A stretch of DNA of 64,000 bases from Rhizophagus irregularis (lineage: Eukaryota): contig NC_089431.1 of NCBI RefSeq assembly GCF_026210795.1, positions 2,666,001 through 2,730,000 on the forward strand. Reading direction: 5' to 3'. Position numbers and translations under genes: made by a program. Shown here in pieces: positions 31,051-42,440 of the stretch. The notes below the pieces were generated by a model. The model saw nothing but the letters and a program-made list of their open reading frames with translations. It was not told the origin of the DNA and ran no database searches. Every line of letters starts with the position of its first letter. Position 1 is the first letter of the stretch.

Positions 31051-32194
31051 CAAAATTGTACAAATATAACATAACCTCTTTTTTTTTCTTCTTTTAGAGG
31101 GTAGTGAAAGCATTTACTTAAGCCTTACAATATAATGATTTTATATAATTCAATAGCTACTATTGAAGGATATAGATGAATTTTATAGGGTGATGGTAGG
31201 GCACGGAAGCAATCTTAAGGATGGGGAACTGGTTTGGAGTTTTAATAAATTAGTTATATAACAGATGCTTTTGTATCATTACATATAATTAATAAACTTA
31301 CAAATTGCACTACCTTGGGAAAAAAAAAATATAACAAAATATTTAATTTTAAATTTTTAAATAAAAATTTCAGATTAGATCATCAGATTAAGCAAGCTGA
31401 TCTATTCAGAACTCTAAACTCAAATTTACTATTAAATTACCAAAATTTAGTATTTTAGTAAAAATTTATATAAATTAAGATAAATTTACTTTTAGTAAAT
31501 TAATTTTAAATTAATCCCTGGTGAATATAAAATTAATTTATATTATATTCTAATTTTTAATTTGTATTATTAAAATTAATTATTAATAATTTGTATTATT
31601 TTAGTAATTAAAATAAATTTTTACCAATTTAATATAAAATTTACTATATTAACTAAAATTTATAAATATAAATTAAGCCAAAAGTTATTTTTTTATTCTA
31701 TTTATTAGAGTATAAATTTTATTAACAATTATTTTACTTATTATTAAATTTAGAAAACTTAAATTTAAGCAAAATTTTTAATATTAATTAATTTTTATAT
31801 TTATTAATTTTCAATCAAAACTATTATATGAATATAACAAGTTTTTTTTCTATTTCATATATCAGTTTTTACATGCATACTTTATTAAAATTGTAAAATC
31901 CTTTTTCACTGATATCTATTGTTATTTTAGTTTTAATACAAAACTGTTTATTTTATTTTGTAAAAAATAATATGTTTAGTATATAAAAATTAGTACATAT
32001 ATGTTTAGTAATAAATCACTATGTTTAGTAAGAATATGTGTCGTCTTATCTGCTTAAATTCATATGCATTATCCCAAAAAATAATCTGCGACCACTATTT
32101 CACTCCAACGTTTCTGTTCGAAAAAAATATATGAATAATTTACTTTTTCAAATTAATAACTGAAAATTAATTTGAATTTATTATTCGTAGCAAA

Positions 32195-32497
32195 TTATAG
32201 AGAACTTAAAACAATTAATATTTTAATGGTAATTAATGTTGATAAATAGGTATACGTACAATTTCCACCACGAAGAGCCAATACTAAATGAAGAACTACA
32301 CCGGATTTTATGCCGTAGTCCTTAACTGTCTTTTTATCATCTTTTAATTGTTTGCCAGAATAAATGATACACTGTTGAGCTGGTGGAATCCCTTCTTTTT
32401 CTTCTAAACGTTCTTTGATTTTTTCTACCGTATCTGAATTTTCAATGTCGAGTTCAAATTCTTTACCAGTAATAGTTACGATTTTAATAATAAACAT
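32195..32497 (-). CDS. NEDD8: NEDD8/Rub1-like ubiquitin-like protein, intronless, with 22-aa C-terminal extension
   Basis: [16 protein letters not shown] and [10 protein letters not shown] (Ala72, diagnostic of NEDD8 versus ubiquitin). Confidence 0.75.
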   Translation of the reverse strand: MFIIKIVTITGKEFELDIENSDTVEKIKERLEEKEGIPPAQQCIIYSGKQLKDDKKTVKDYGIKSGVVLHLVLALRGGNCTYTYLSTLITIKILIVLSSL

Positions 32498-32945
32498 TTT
32501 TGGTCAATTTATGGATGGCCTGAGAAGTATAGATTAAGAGGGCAGTTCGTTAGAATAGTATGAAAGTTTGTCAATTTATCTTTCAAAAAATAATATAAAA
32601 GATAGAGATTGAGATTTTTTTTAAGAAACTGTCTAATTAATGATTTTAATGTTAATAAGATTCTTCATTTTAGGTAATGTGAATGATTAATGCGGGCCTG
32701 TAATGTATATAGCCGAGGAGAATTTATCAATGCGTTATGATATTACACGTAAAGTCGCAACCTATATGAGCTTTTCTATATATTAAGGTATATCTGAATT
32801 CAAGAGTAATGTGTGTTACGCCTACTGCGCCTTGATTTTATGATACAAAATTTTATTTAAAATAAGCTATGATGTGAATTACTATATTAATATACACTTA
32901 TTATAAGTGAGAGGTTAGAATGAAAGGCGATCAATAACTTAATAA

Positions 32946-34266
32946 CTAATGTTTATATTGAATAATCTGTCCACCTTCCCAACTTTCTTCAGATTTCAAA
33001 GTTATATATTCTGCAACATGACCAGGTTCAACACAAACCATTTGTTTATATTCATCATCATCAAAATCTGACATACCTTTTGCCTTATCAATCCATGGAT
33101 TCCATACAACTGAAAAAATGTGTTTTCGTTAATAAAATAATTTTTTTTTTGATAATTTTTTTTAAAAAAAAAAATTTATAACATACCCGAATCCTTTAAA
33201 TTAATTCTTTGTAAGAGGAAAGCCTCATTAGATTCGTCACTTATATTTATTTTGATTATTTCAGTTGGAACATTTCCATAAATTCTATCTGTCTCTTGGG
33301 TAAATTTTACAGATTTATCATTATCGACGACCGTTATAAAATTTTTCACTTTATCAATGTATGAGATATTCTGCAATCCTTCAACTGATACTTTAGAAAT
33401 ATCCTATTGTAAGTAAATTAAATTAATATATTTAATATTCAAATACAAATTTACGAATAAATAATAACTTACTGGAACAGAATAATAAGTATGCAAAAGG
33501 ACGTTAAAATCAAACGGTGCAGTATCTTCATTCTTTACTGACAAGTTAGTTTTTAATGTATCATCGTTAAGAGTTACAGTGAAAATTAGTTTAAACTTTT
33601 TGGGCCAATCTTTTTGTAGATTTTCGGGAACCTGAGAATTATTTAATCCTTTAAAAAAAAATTATGAAAGTAAGCAAGAATGGACCATGCAAAATAAATG
33701 TATTATTATTTCTTACCAAATCTGACAGAAACTTCAGATTCATTATCAACTGAAACCCCATTCCATTCAAATTTTGAGATACGAGCCAAACCATGTTGTG
33801 GAAGTGCAGCAGTTTCAGCAGATGAATCAGTTGCTTTAGCAAATTGAGGGAAAACTATGACAATATTTGGGTTAATCAAAGAAAAATAGAACGAATTTTC
33901 TCTAGTATATTGAATAAATTTAATTACTTATGGGAATTCCCCCACGAATTCCTTTAGTTCCATCAAGAAGAGATTTCTTACTAATAAACAAAATTGAATT
34001 AAGACAATAGCTAATAATTCATTTAATTCATTAGAAATATCTTCCAACAAGTATTGAGTTTTACCTCAAAAATAAAAGCTCTTTTCCGCGATATTTCCAA
34101 CTGGTAACAGTTGCACCAAAATAATATACTAAAGTACAAAAAAGAACGTTAGGTGTTTTGCGGTATTAAACAAGCAAACAACGAATGTTGACTTATGTGT
34201 ACCTTCTGCGGAGGAGCCTTTGGAGTCTTTCAAAATAACTTTGTCTTCTAGAACTTCGACTGGCAT
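32946..34266 (-). CDS. Glucose-6-phosphate 1-epimerase (galactose mutarotase-like), multi-exon
   Basis: Spliced motifs GATVTSWK, KGIRGGIPIVFPQF, LPQHGLAR, LLHTY, ETDRIY, VVWNPW and MVCVEPG; ends WEGGQIIQYKH*. Confidence 0.93.
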
Positions 34267-36925
34267 ATTTGAAATATTTGAAAATATCCGCAAGACAATC
34301 GATAATAGTAAAAATAATTAATCAGCGCGTAAATAGGCCTGGAATTCAAACCGAGGAGAATATAAATAGGAATTTTTTCTAAATATTAATCAAGATAGGG
34401 GTGGGAAGCTTTAGCTTTTTTTTATATAAGGGTGACGTTAAACAGAATTTTAAATTGTAATAGCTTTAACTAAATTAAGGTTATAGCAGGGTAGCAATTC
34501 ATGAATCGAAGGGAAGGATAATCTGTTAAGCCAGTTAAGCCTAAGCCGTTAAGGACCCTGATAATGAGAAAAAAAAACGGATTTCCTTTTCGTCTTCATG
34601 ATAGCGTTAAACTTAACTCCGTGCGTACGTTAATATCGTACACATGATGCGTAAGTTAAAGGATGCTCTTCATGGATACTGTACTATCGTTAACGTATGA
34701 AATAATTTGTATACTGCCGTATGTTGGAATTTTCGAAAGTAAATATGAAGAATAATGCTATCTACAATTGTGATGGCCATTCCGAATAGGTGTCAGATTA
34801 TATTTGCGTTTTTGTATTAATAAAGATATAAAAGAGAATAACTATTTACTAGTACATGATAATTATAGCTTGATTCATGGACATGTCCTCTCCCACAAAG
34901 ATTACACCAAAATTTTTTCTTCAGAATTAATTCAACACTTCTTTATTATCTTTAATAAAAGCTTGAAGCTTTTGCATCCTACAGAAGTAAGAATTATTAT
35001 ATAAGTAATACCCTGAAAAAAGTGCTTCAATAGTTAGATCTACAGGTAAATACAACTTTTTCTTTTTATGATCTTTCAACAATCAAGACAGCAGGTATCA
35101 TCATACAGGTGTTTTAGTATCTAATATATAGGCCATAATGAACTTTTGGCCAAATTTACTCTTTTTTATTAAAACTCAAAATCATTTTTTGCAAATATTT
35201 CAAATATATAATTAGATTTGTATTAATCCTATTTGTATATATATCTGAACAAATCCCTTTATAAAATCTTTCTTTTTAACCAAAAATCCTACTGGTTTGA
35301 ATAATATTTTATTGTATATTTAGTGATTTAATTTTGATAACCTTTTTTTAAGCACATAGTGGAAGTGTCAAGGGATCAAGCAGGGTGAGTTCATCATCTC
35401 GCTTATCAATCTCTAAATCTGAGTGAACATTGGATATTGCAGATTTATTTGAGACCTCCCCTCCAGCATCAAGACCGGTAATACCATCCGTAGAAGCATT
35501 TGCCATTTCTAGGCCTATCACTCCTATACTCCCTTTTTCTCACAAAGTGCGAAGGTTATCAATGTCACTATCAATAACAATTACTCTGATGCTTCAGAAG
35601 TTAAGCAGGATTAGAATTTTTCTTTAATGTACTTAACAGTAGAATGATGTTTTAGCAAATTTTAGTATTTTTTTACGACTGCAAGTGTGTATATTAAAGG
35701 CGCAATAGATTACAAAACAAATGTATTATTATTCATTAATGACACTTGTATAATAAAGAATAAATTACAAGTCTCTGGGACTTTGCCAAATGCACCATTA
35801 GCACAGTTTTATTTATTCAATGAGCAGATCAGACAACATATACATGTGTTAAAAAATGAAAGCCCTATTGGGTGAAACTTTATTAATTACAAAGCGATCA
35901 TGCAAAGCGCAGGAATTTGGGAAAATGATTACGAATAAAATGCACATGCAAAAATGTATTATTTTTCTGATGGTAGAATTTGGATACAATGTCCAAACTC
36001 ATCAAAAATGCGCAGAAGCTGAATCAGCATCTGGTTAAATTTATTTCCCAAAATAACTGGCACTTCATAAGTCATTGTATATATGACTATTTGATGGTAG
36101 AGTCTGGAGTCTGGACATGATGTTCAGGCTTAGCAAATCATTTTTCATGATGTTTTGGCAATCATATACATTTAAAAAATAAAGCCCCAATATGAAAATA
36201 CATGTGAACAAAATTCTGTTTTTTCTGGTAGTAGAGTCTGAACACTGTATCCAAGCTCGACTTAATTGCACAGAAGAAATGGCACAGTATATTAACAATC
36301 CTTTCGTTTTAAGATTTCAGCTATTATATAATCCTTTTCATTCTTAATTAGATTTAAGATGAAATCTGAAGAAGTAGATTTTATCTGTGCTATTTTTTCT
36401 TTGCCTATACTATTAAAAAGCTTATAAACCTTTTCGAATCTCTTCATCCTTTTTCACAAAACTTTATCAGAACATTTTGCTTTAGAAATTGCTTTTTTGA
36501 CCTTACTTTTAACTAATGCTTGAGATCCATCCTTACCATGCTTGAGTTTTAATTTCTTGTATTGTTTAAATACAGCCTTTCCAAAATCAAAATAGCTGTA
36601 AATAAGACCTTGAAATGCATCTTCATTTTTAGATTCAGCGCTATCAATCTTATCATATAGTTGCAAAAAATCGCTGGTTTTGTTTTCACTTGCTTCTTCT
36701 TCCAAGTTCTCTTCAGTTACATTTGATACCACATCAGTTAAAAATTTTTTGATAAGTTTTTTTAGCATACTCGATACTTTCTTTCTACCAGTCTTTTCAC
36801 TTTCTTGCTAGACGATTTTTCAGTAGATGCTGGAATGCATTCTTAACGACGTACGTTTTTTCCTGTACATCGATTTGGATTCGATGTTAGCAAAGCTAAT
36901 TAATTCTGATATCGTTTCGGACGAA

Positions 36926-39118
36926 CACTGGTCAAAATAAAAACTTTCGGTCATGTGACAAATCAGCTGATCTGTCACACATTTTGGCCAAATTTCAGAA
37001 ATTATTAAAAATTGGCCAAATTTTGACATATATGATTTATAGTCGATTTATTGAATTATTTAATCAAACGTTACATGTTACGCATTATACTATTAAAAGT
37101 TTAAAAAAGGATCATCCTTTTTTAAACTTTTTTTAATTTTTTTCTTCCCTTTCCTTTCTTTTCCTTTGTTCCCCTTCCCTGTTTCCCCTTCTTCCCCTTT
37201 CCCTTCCTTCATTCTCCTTTCCCTTTCTTCCCTTTTTCTTCCTTCCCCTTCCCCCTTTCACTTTTTTTACTTTTTTTTTATAGGTTCAACTTTCGGTGGG
37301 CTTCCGAAGTACAGAAACTCCAAAAATTCGTAAGTACGAATACTTTGGAGTTTATTTTATTTTTTTTTTAATATGAACGGTTACTAACCGTTCTTTTTTC
37401 TTTCTTTTTTTAGGTTCGGCCATTCGGGTGACTTCCAAAAAATGGAAAAAACCAAGTTTCGTAAGTTCGAAATTTGGTTTATTTTTTTTTAATATTATGA
37501 ACGTTTATTAACCATTCTTTTTCTTTTATTTTTTATAGATTCGGCATCTCAGGTAGGGCTTCTGAGTTTTGAAGAACGAAAAAAACCAAGATTCGTAAGT
37601 ATATACGAATCTTGGTTTTAATTTTTTTTGTTTTTTTTAATTTTATTAATGAACGGTTACTAATAACCATTCCTTTTTTTATTTTTTAGGTTCAAATGGG
37701 CTTCCGAAAAATGAAAACCTAAAGGTAAAGATTCGTAAGTACAAATCTTTACTTTATATTTTTTTTTTGTTTTTTCTTTATTATGAACGGTTACTAATAA
37801 CCGTTTTTTTCTTTATTTTTTTAGGTTCGGGTGGGCTTTCGAAGAACGAAACTCCAAAGGTAAAGATTTGTAAGTACGAATCTTTACTTTATAATTTTTT
37901 TTTTAATTTTATTAATAAACAGTTACTAATAACCGTTCTTTTCTTTTTTTATAGGTTCGGGTGGACCTGAAGAACGGAAAAAGGAGAACCTTTAAGATTC
38001 GTAAGTAATATACTTACGAATCTTTTTTTTAATGTTATGGAATGGTTACTAACCGTTCCTTTGATTTTTTTTTATAGGTTCAGGTGGATTTCTGTCTTTC
38101 CAAGGAACGGAAAAAACTAAAGATTCAGTATGAATCTTTGTTTTTTTATTTTTGTTTATTATTACAAACGGTTTCTAACCATTTTTTTTTTTTTAGGTCA
38201 GTGTCTTCTGAAGAATGGAAAAAACCAAGATTCGTAAGTATGAATCTTGGTTTTATTTTTATTTTTTTTTTATAATATTAACGAATAGTTACTGATAACC
38301 GTTCTTATTTTATTTTTTTAGTTCAGTGGGCTTCCGAAGAACAACAGAAAACCAAGATTCATAAGTAAGTACGAATCTTAGTTCTTTATTTTATTTTTTA
38401 TTTTTATTTTTTATTACTACGAACAGTTTACTAATAACCGTTCTTTTCTTTTTGTAGGTTTCGGGATCTTTAGAAAAAGTGGAACCAAGATTCATAAGTA
38501 CGAATCTTGGTTTATTTTTTATTTTTTTAATATTATTATGAACAGTTATTAATAACCGCTCTTTTTTTTCTTTTTATAGGTTTAAGTATGCGAGTGGATT
38601 CCGATAAACAGAAAAAACCAAAGATTCGTAAGTAGAATCTTGGGTTTTTTTGCTTTTTTTTAATATTATGGAACGGTTACTAACCGTTCTTTTCTTTTTT
38701 TTATAGTTTTGATGAGTTTCCAAAAGATCAAGATTCATAAGTATATACGAATACATGAATTATATAATTGTAGAATTGTAGATTAGCAATATTTATTTGT
38801 AATATGCATTTATAAATAAAGTTGTGATTTTATTGCAAATATCAAATAAAATGAGTTGTGGCAGAATATTAGTAAATAAATTTAGTACAAATTTGCAATA
38901 TAAATTAAGTAACACTCGGAAAACTATTCACCAAAATTTGCTATCTGAAATTGTTCCGAATGTTAACTGAATTTTAGCCAAAATTTCAAGCCGAACTTTA
39001 GGCGAGTGGCAGCGAATTGCAGCCAAAAAATCTGCTAAAGTTTGACCAGCATTAGACCATAAATCAGCCTAAAATCGGCTGGCTGAATTTTGGCCGATTT
39101 GGACTATTTTGACCAGTG
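36926..39118. mobile_element. Non-autonomous CACTA/EnSpm-type element (CACTG ends, 3-bp TSD GAA) carrying exon-intron array 1
   Basis: TIR CACTGGTCAAAATA / TATTTTGACCAGTG; GAA on both flanks (36923-36925 and 39119-39121). Confidence 0.9.
37281..38750 (+). repeat. Array 1: 12 tandem units of ~120-150 bp, each TAG|30-56 nt exon-like|GTAAGT..TACTAAC..polyT
   Basis: Units start at ~37281, 37411, 37536, 37687, 37822, 37952, 38075, 38194, 38319, 38456, 38577 and 38704. Confidence 0.9.
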
Positions 39119-39279
39119 GAAGGACAGGTAGGACACATCTTGTGAGAATTCTTGATGTAATCGTAATGCACAATATGCTTGCAAGGTAAAAAAATGGTTG
39201 GTTTTGTAAATTCTAGGAAGATTTCTTCAGAGCATTTTTCACATATAGGATGTTGGATTTGACTGCTAGTATCCTTTAA

Positions 39280-39707
39280 AAGAGGCCCGTTAAAGCGAGG
39301 TAGAATCACGTGATTTAAAATTATTATGATTTGATAAATTTTTTATAAACTAAAATTAAAGTGAACTTGAAAATCATTAAATAAGTGTATTTCAGCTTGC
39401 TCCACAAGTTTACTTAAGGAGAAAAAGTGGATTTTGAACAATGTTTTTGACTTTACATATGAGCAAACGAATTTTGCTAATCATACTCAAAAAAGGATAG
39501 ATCAATTTTAACGAAATTGAAAAAGTTGAATAAATCAAAAACGGTGTTCTAAACCTCATTTTATGCTCTAAGTAAACTTGCAGAACAGGTCAAAATGCAT
39601 TTAATATATGTTTATTTGGAAGGTTTTATATATAATAAAAAGTTTTATTTAAAAAAAAGAAAAATTTCGAAAGTCACGTGATTCTACCTTACTTTAATGG
39701 TCCCCCT
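39280..39707. mobile_element. MITE with TTAA TSD and purine-purine termini (Kolobok-like)
   Basis: ~33-bp imperfect TIR AAGAGGCCCGTTAAAGCGAGGTAGAATCACGTGA / TCACGTGATTCTACCTTACTTTAATGGTCCCCCT; TTAA on both sides. Confidence 0.8.
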
Positions 39708-40954
39708 TTAAAATCAAGTCATCCAAATTGTCAGAATTGCCAGGTGTAGTGCTAATAACCTCAATAGGGCTGGTTATCTGGTCAAAAGTTTCTTTAGTGA
39801 TCCCAGTAGTCTTGAACGAACTTTGTTTCTTTTTGCCTAATAATCCTAATTCGTTCATTAGTGTTATATCATCATCTACGGGAATTTAATTTCCTGAATT
39901 CACTGACTTGAAGATAGTATTTTCATCAGTAGTTGAAGGTTTGTCTTATAATCAGAGTTCTGGAGAAAGAAAAGTTTCAATAACTTTGTTACACTTCTTA
40001 TTCAGACAAATTGCCTCTCCATTTACCAAATGCTTTTCGAGACATTTCTGATTTCACACAAAGCTAAAGTAAATTCTTTAAATGGTAAGAATTTCTGAGG
40101 TAAGTAAAGACCTTCTCTACATAACAAACATGGGTCTACTTCTGAAAAAACAGTATTTTCAGGAAGAATATTTGTACTTTTGAAAATATTAATTGCAAAA
40201 GCTTTGATAGGATTTGTATACATGTTGCCCGCTTTTGATTACTAACCAGAGAATAAGCGATCAAAAAAGGTCTGTCTTTCATATCACTTGTAAATTTCGC
40301 AGGAGAAGATATTCCCTTTGGGATTAATTTTTACCAGCAATTACGCATTGCATTTCGTCATTTTGTTAATCCTCCTGCAAATCGATAAAAATGATTTCAT
40401 AATTAGCATACACATTCCCAAATCCTTTCATGTATATGAAAGTTGCTGAAGCTAAAAATGGTGTCACAAATAAGTAATTGTGGAATATTTGCGATATGTG
40501 GTATTGCAAAATATTGCAGATTTTGAAGTCTATATATCCACAATTCCGCAATCCGTAATTAGACGCAATTCTGCAATTTTTTGCAATTTTGCAAATGATC
40601 TGCAATTTCATAATTAATTGCGGAATTGCAGATCATTTGCAGAATTGCAGATTACCTGCAAAAAAAAGAATAATTTTTTTTAATAAATGTAATTTTTTTA
40701 ATTAATTAATAAAAAAACTGATTTCTTCTTATTACTAAAAGTAAAAAAAATTCAGTTTTTCATTAATAAAATTTTTTAAAATAAATCATTTATTTTTTAG
40801 AAAAAATATACTGGCCGGTTAATTCGATGGTTGTTAATATTAATAGTTAATGATCTGGATTAGATTATCGGATAGCATAGTACAAATCACATAAGAATTG
40901 CATTACGCAATTTTAAATTTTTTTTTTCATTTTAAAAAAAACAATACTGTTTTT

Positions 40955-42440
40955 TTTTGTAAATTCTGGCCTAGAACTTGGAAATGAAGACCGGTGAGTA
41001 TTTTAAGGGGAGGAAGTGGAGGGGTTTTTTTTTTGTTTTTTTTTATGTAAGAACGTTTATTAACGTTTTTTTACTTCTTTTTTTTGTAGATTTCAGCCTG
41101 GAACTTGGAAATGGAGACCGGTGAGTATTTTAAAGAAAGGGGAAGCAGTTTTTTGGTTTTTTTTTTATGTAAGAACATTTATTAACATTCTTTTACTTCT
41201 TTTTTTGTAGATTTTGGCCTGGAACTTGAAACTTGAGACCAGTAAGTATTTTAAAGGGGGGAATGGGTTTTTTTTAGTTTTTTTATGTAAAAATATTTAT
41301 TAACGTTCTTTTACTTCTTTTTTTTGTAGATTTCAGCCTGGAGCTTGAAAATGGAGACCGGTGAGTATTTTAAAGAAGGGAGTGGGTTTTTTTATTTTTT
41401 TATATAAGAATATTTATTAACGTTCTTTTACTTCTTTTTTTGTAGATTCTGGCCTGGAACTTGAAAATAGAGACTGGTAGGTGTTTCTAAAGAGGAAAGC
41501 AGGGGTTTTTTATGTAAGAACATTTATTAATGTTCTTTTACTTCTTTTTTTTTGTAGATTTTGGCCTGGAACTTAGAAATGAAGACCGGTGAATATTTTA
41601 AAAGAGAAAGTAGGTTTTTTATTTTTTTATGTAAAAACGTTTATTAACGTTCTTTTACTTCTTTTTTTTTGTAGATTCTGGCCTGGAACTTGGAAATGAA
41701 AACCGGTGAGTATTTTAAAGAGAGGGAAGCAGTTTTTTTTTTTATGTAAGAACGTTTATTAATGTTCTTTTACTTCTTTTTTTTGTAGATTCTGTCCTGA
41801 AACTTGGAACTTAAGACCAGTGAGTATTTTAAAGGGAAGGACACTGGTAAAAAAATGATTTATCCTACACATATCTTACACATATTGGGTACTCAAAATG
41901 TAGAAAATCATACACAAATAATACACATATCATACACATATCGGGTACTAATATATATATCATACATATATCAGGTACCTGATAGGTATACTATATATAT
42001 AAGTACCCGATATGTATATGATATGTGTATTATTTGTGTATGATTTTCTACATTTTGAGTACCCGATATATGTAAGATATGTGTAGGATATGTGTAGGAT
42101 AGACCATTTTTTTACCAGTGGGAGTGGGTTTTTTTTGGTTTTTTTATGTAAGAACGTTTATTAACGTTTTTTTACTTCTTTTTTTTTTGTAGATTCTGGT
42201 CTGGAATTTGGAAATGAAGACCAGTGAGTATTTTAAAGGGGAGCGGGTTTTTTTTATTTTTTATGTAACGTTTATTAACATTTTTTACTTCTTTTTTTTG
42301 TAGATTCCAGCCTGGAACTTGGAAATAGAAACCGGTAGGTATTTCTAGAGGAAAAGCAGGTTTTTTATATTTTTTTTATGTAAGAACATTTATTAACATT
42401 CTTTCACTTTTTTTTGTAGATTCCAGCCCAGAACTTTGAT
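40955..42440 (+). repeat. Array 2: 11 tandem units of ~120 bp, TGTAG|31-nt ATTCTGGCCTGGAACTTGGAAATGAAGACCG|GTGAGT
   Basis: Exon-like starts at ~40963, 41090, 41211, 41330, 41446, 41558, 41675, 41789, 42193, 42304 and 42420. Confidence 0.9.
41842..42120. mobile_element. Palindromic CACTG MITE (TSD GGA) nested in an intron-like part of array 2
   Basis: CACTGGTAAAAAAATG...CATTTTTTTACCAGTG; nearly the whole element is a foldback; GGA on both sides. Confidence 0.93.

Larger units (their letters stand above)
36290..40223 (-). pseudogene. RING-finger gene of an expanded family, split by two transposon insertions and further decayed
   Basis: MYTNPIKAF..CLLCRE; CEKCSEE..LPCKHIVH..CPTCPS; FLQLYDKIDSAESKNE..YSYFDFGKA. 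Removing the 39280-39707 element plus one TSD restores DLILKDTSSQ. Confidence 0.7.

Noticed and set aside
28600..32000. Further elements in the extremely AT-rich stretch
   Set aside because: Only fragmentary hAT-like motifs; no TIR/TSD pair could be confirmed.
34800..36280. Several short ORFs
   Set aside because: No recognisable motifs and stops in the likely frames; probably decayed fragments.
37767..38756. Short ORFs across array 1
   Set aside because: They read through intron-like T runs of the repeat; F/L-rich artefacts.
41804..42043. 79-aa ORF sharing NTGKKMIYPTHILHIL-like text with ORF 59297-59515
   Set aside because: The shared peptide is just the translated MITE terminus.
37281..42440. 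CRISPR array interpretation of the repeat-spacer patterns
   Set aside because: Eukaryotic context, no cas genes, units are homologous throughout, and they lie inside TIR/TSD-bounded elements.
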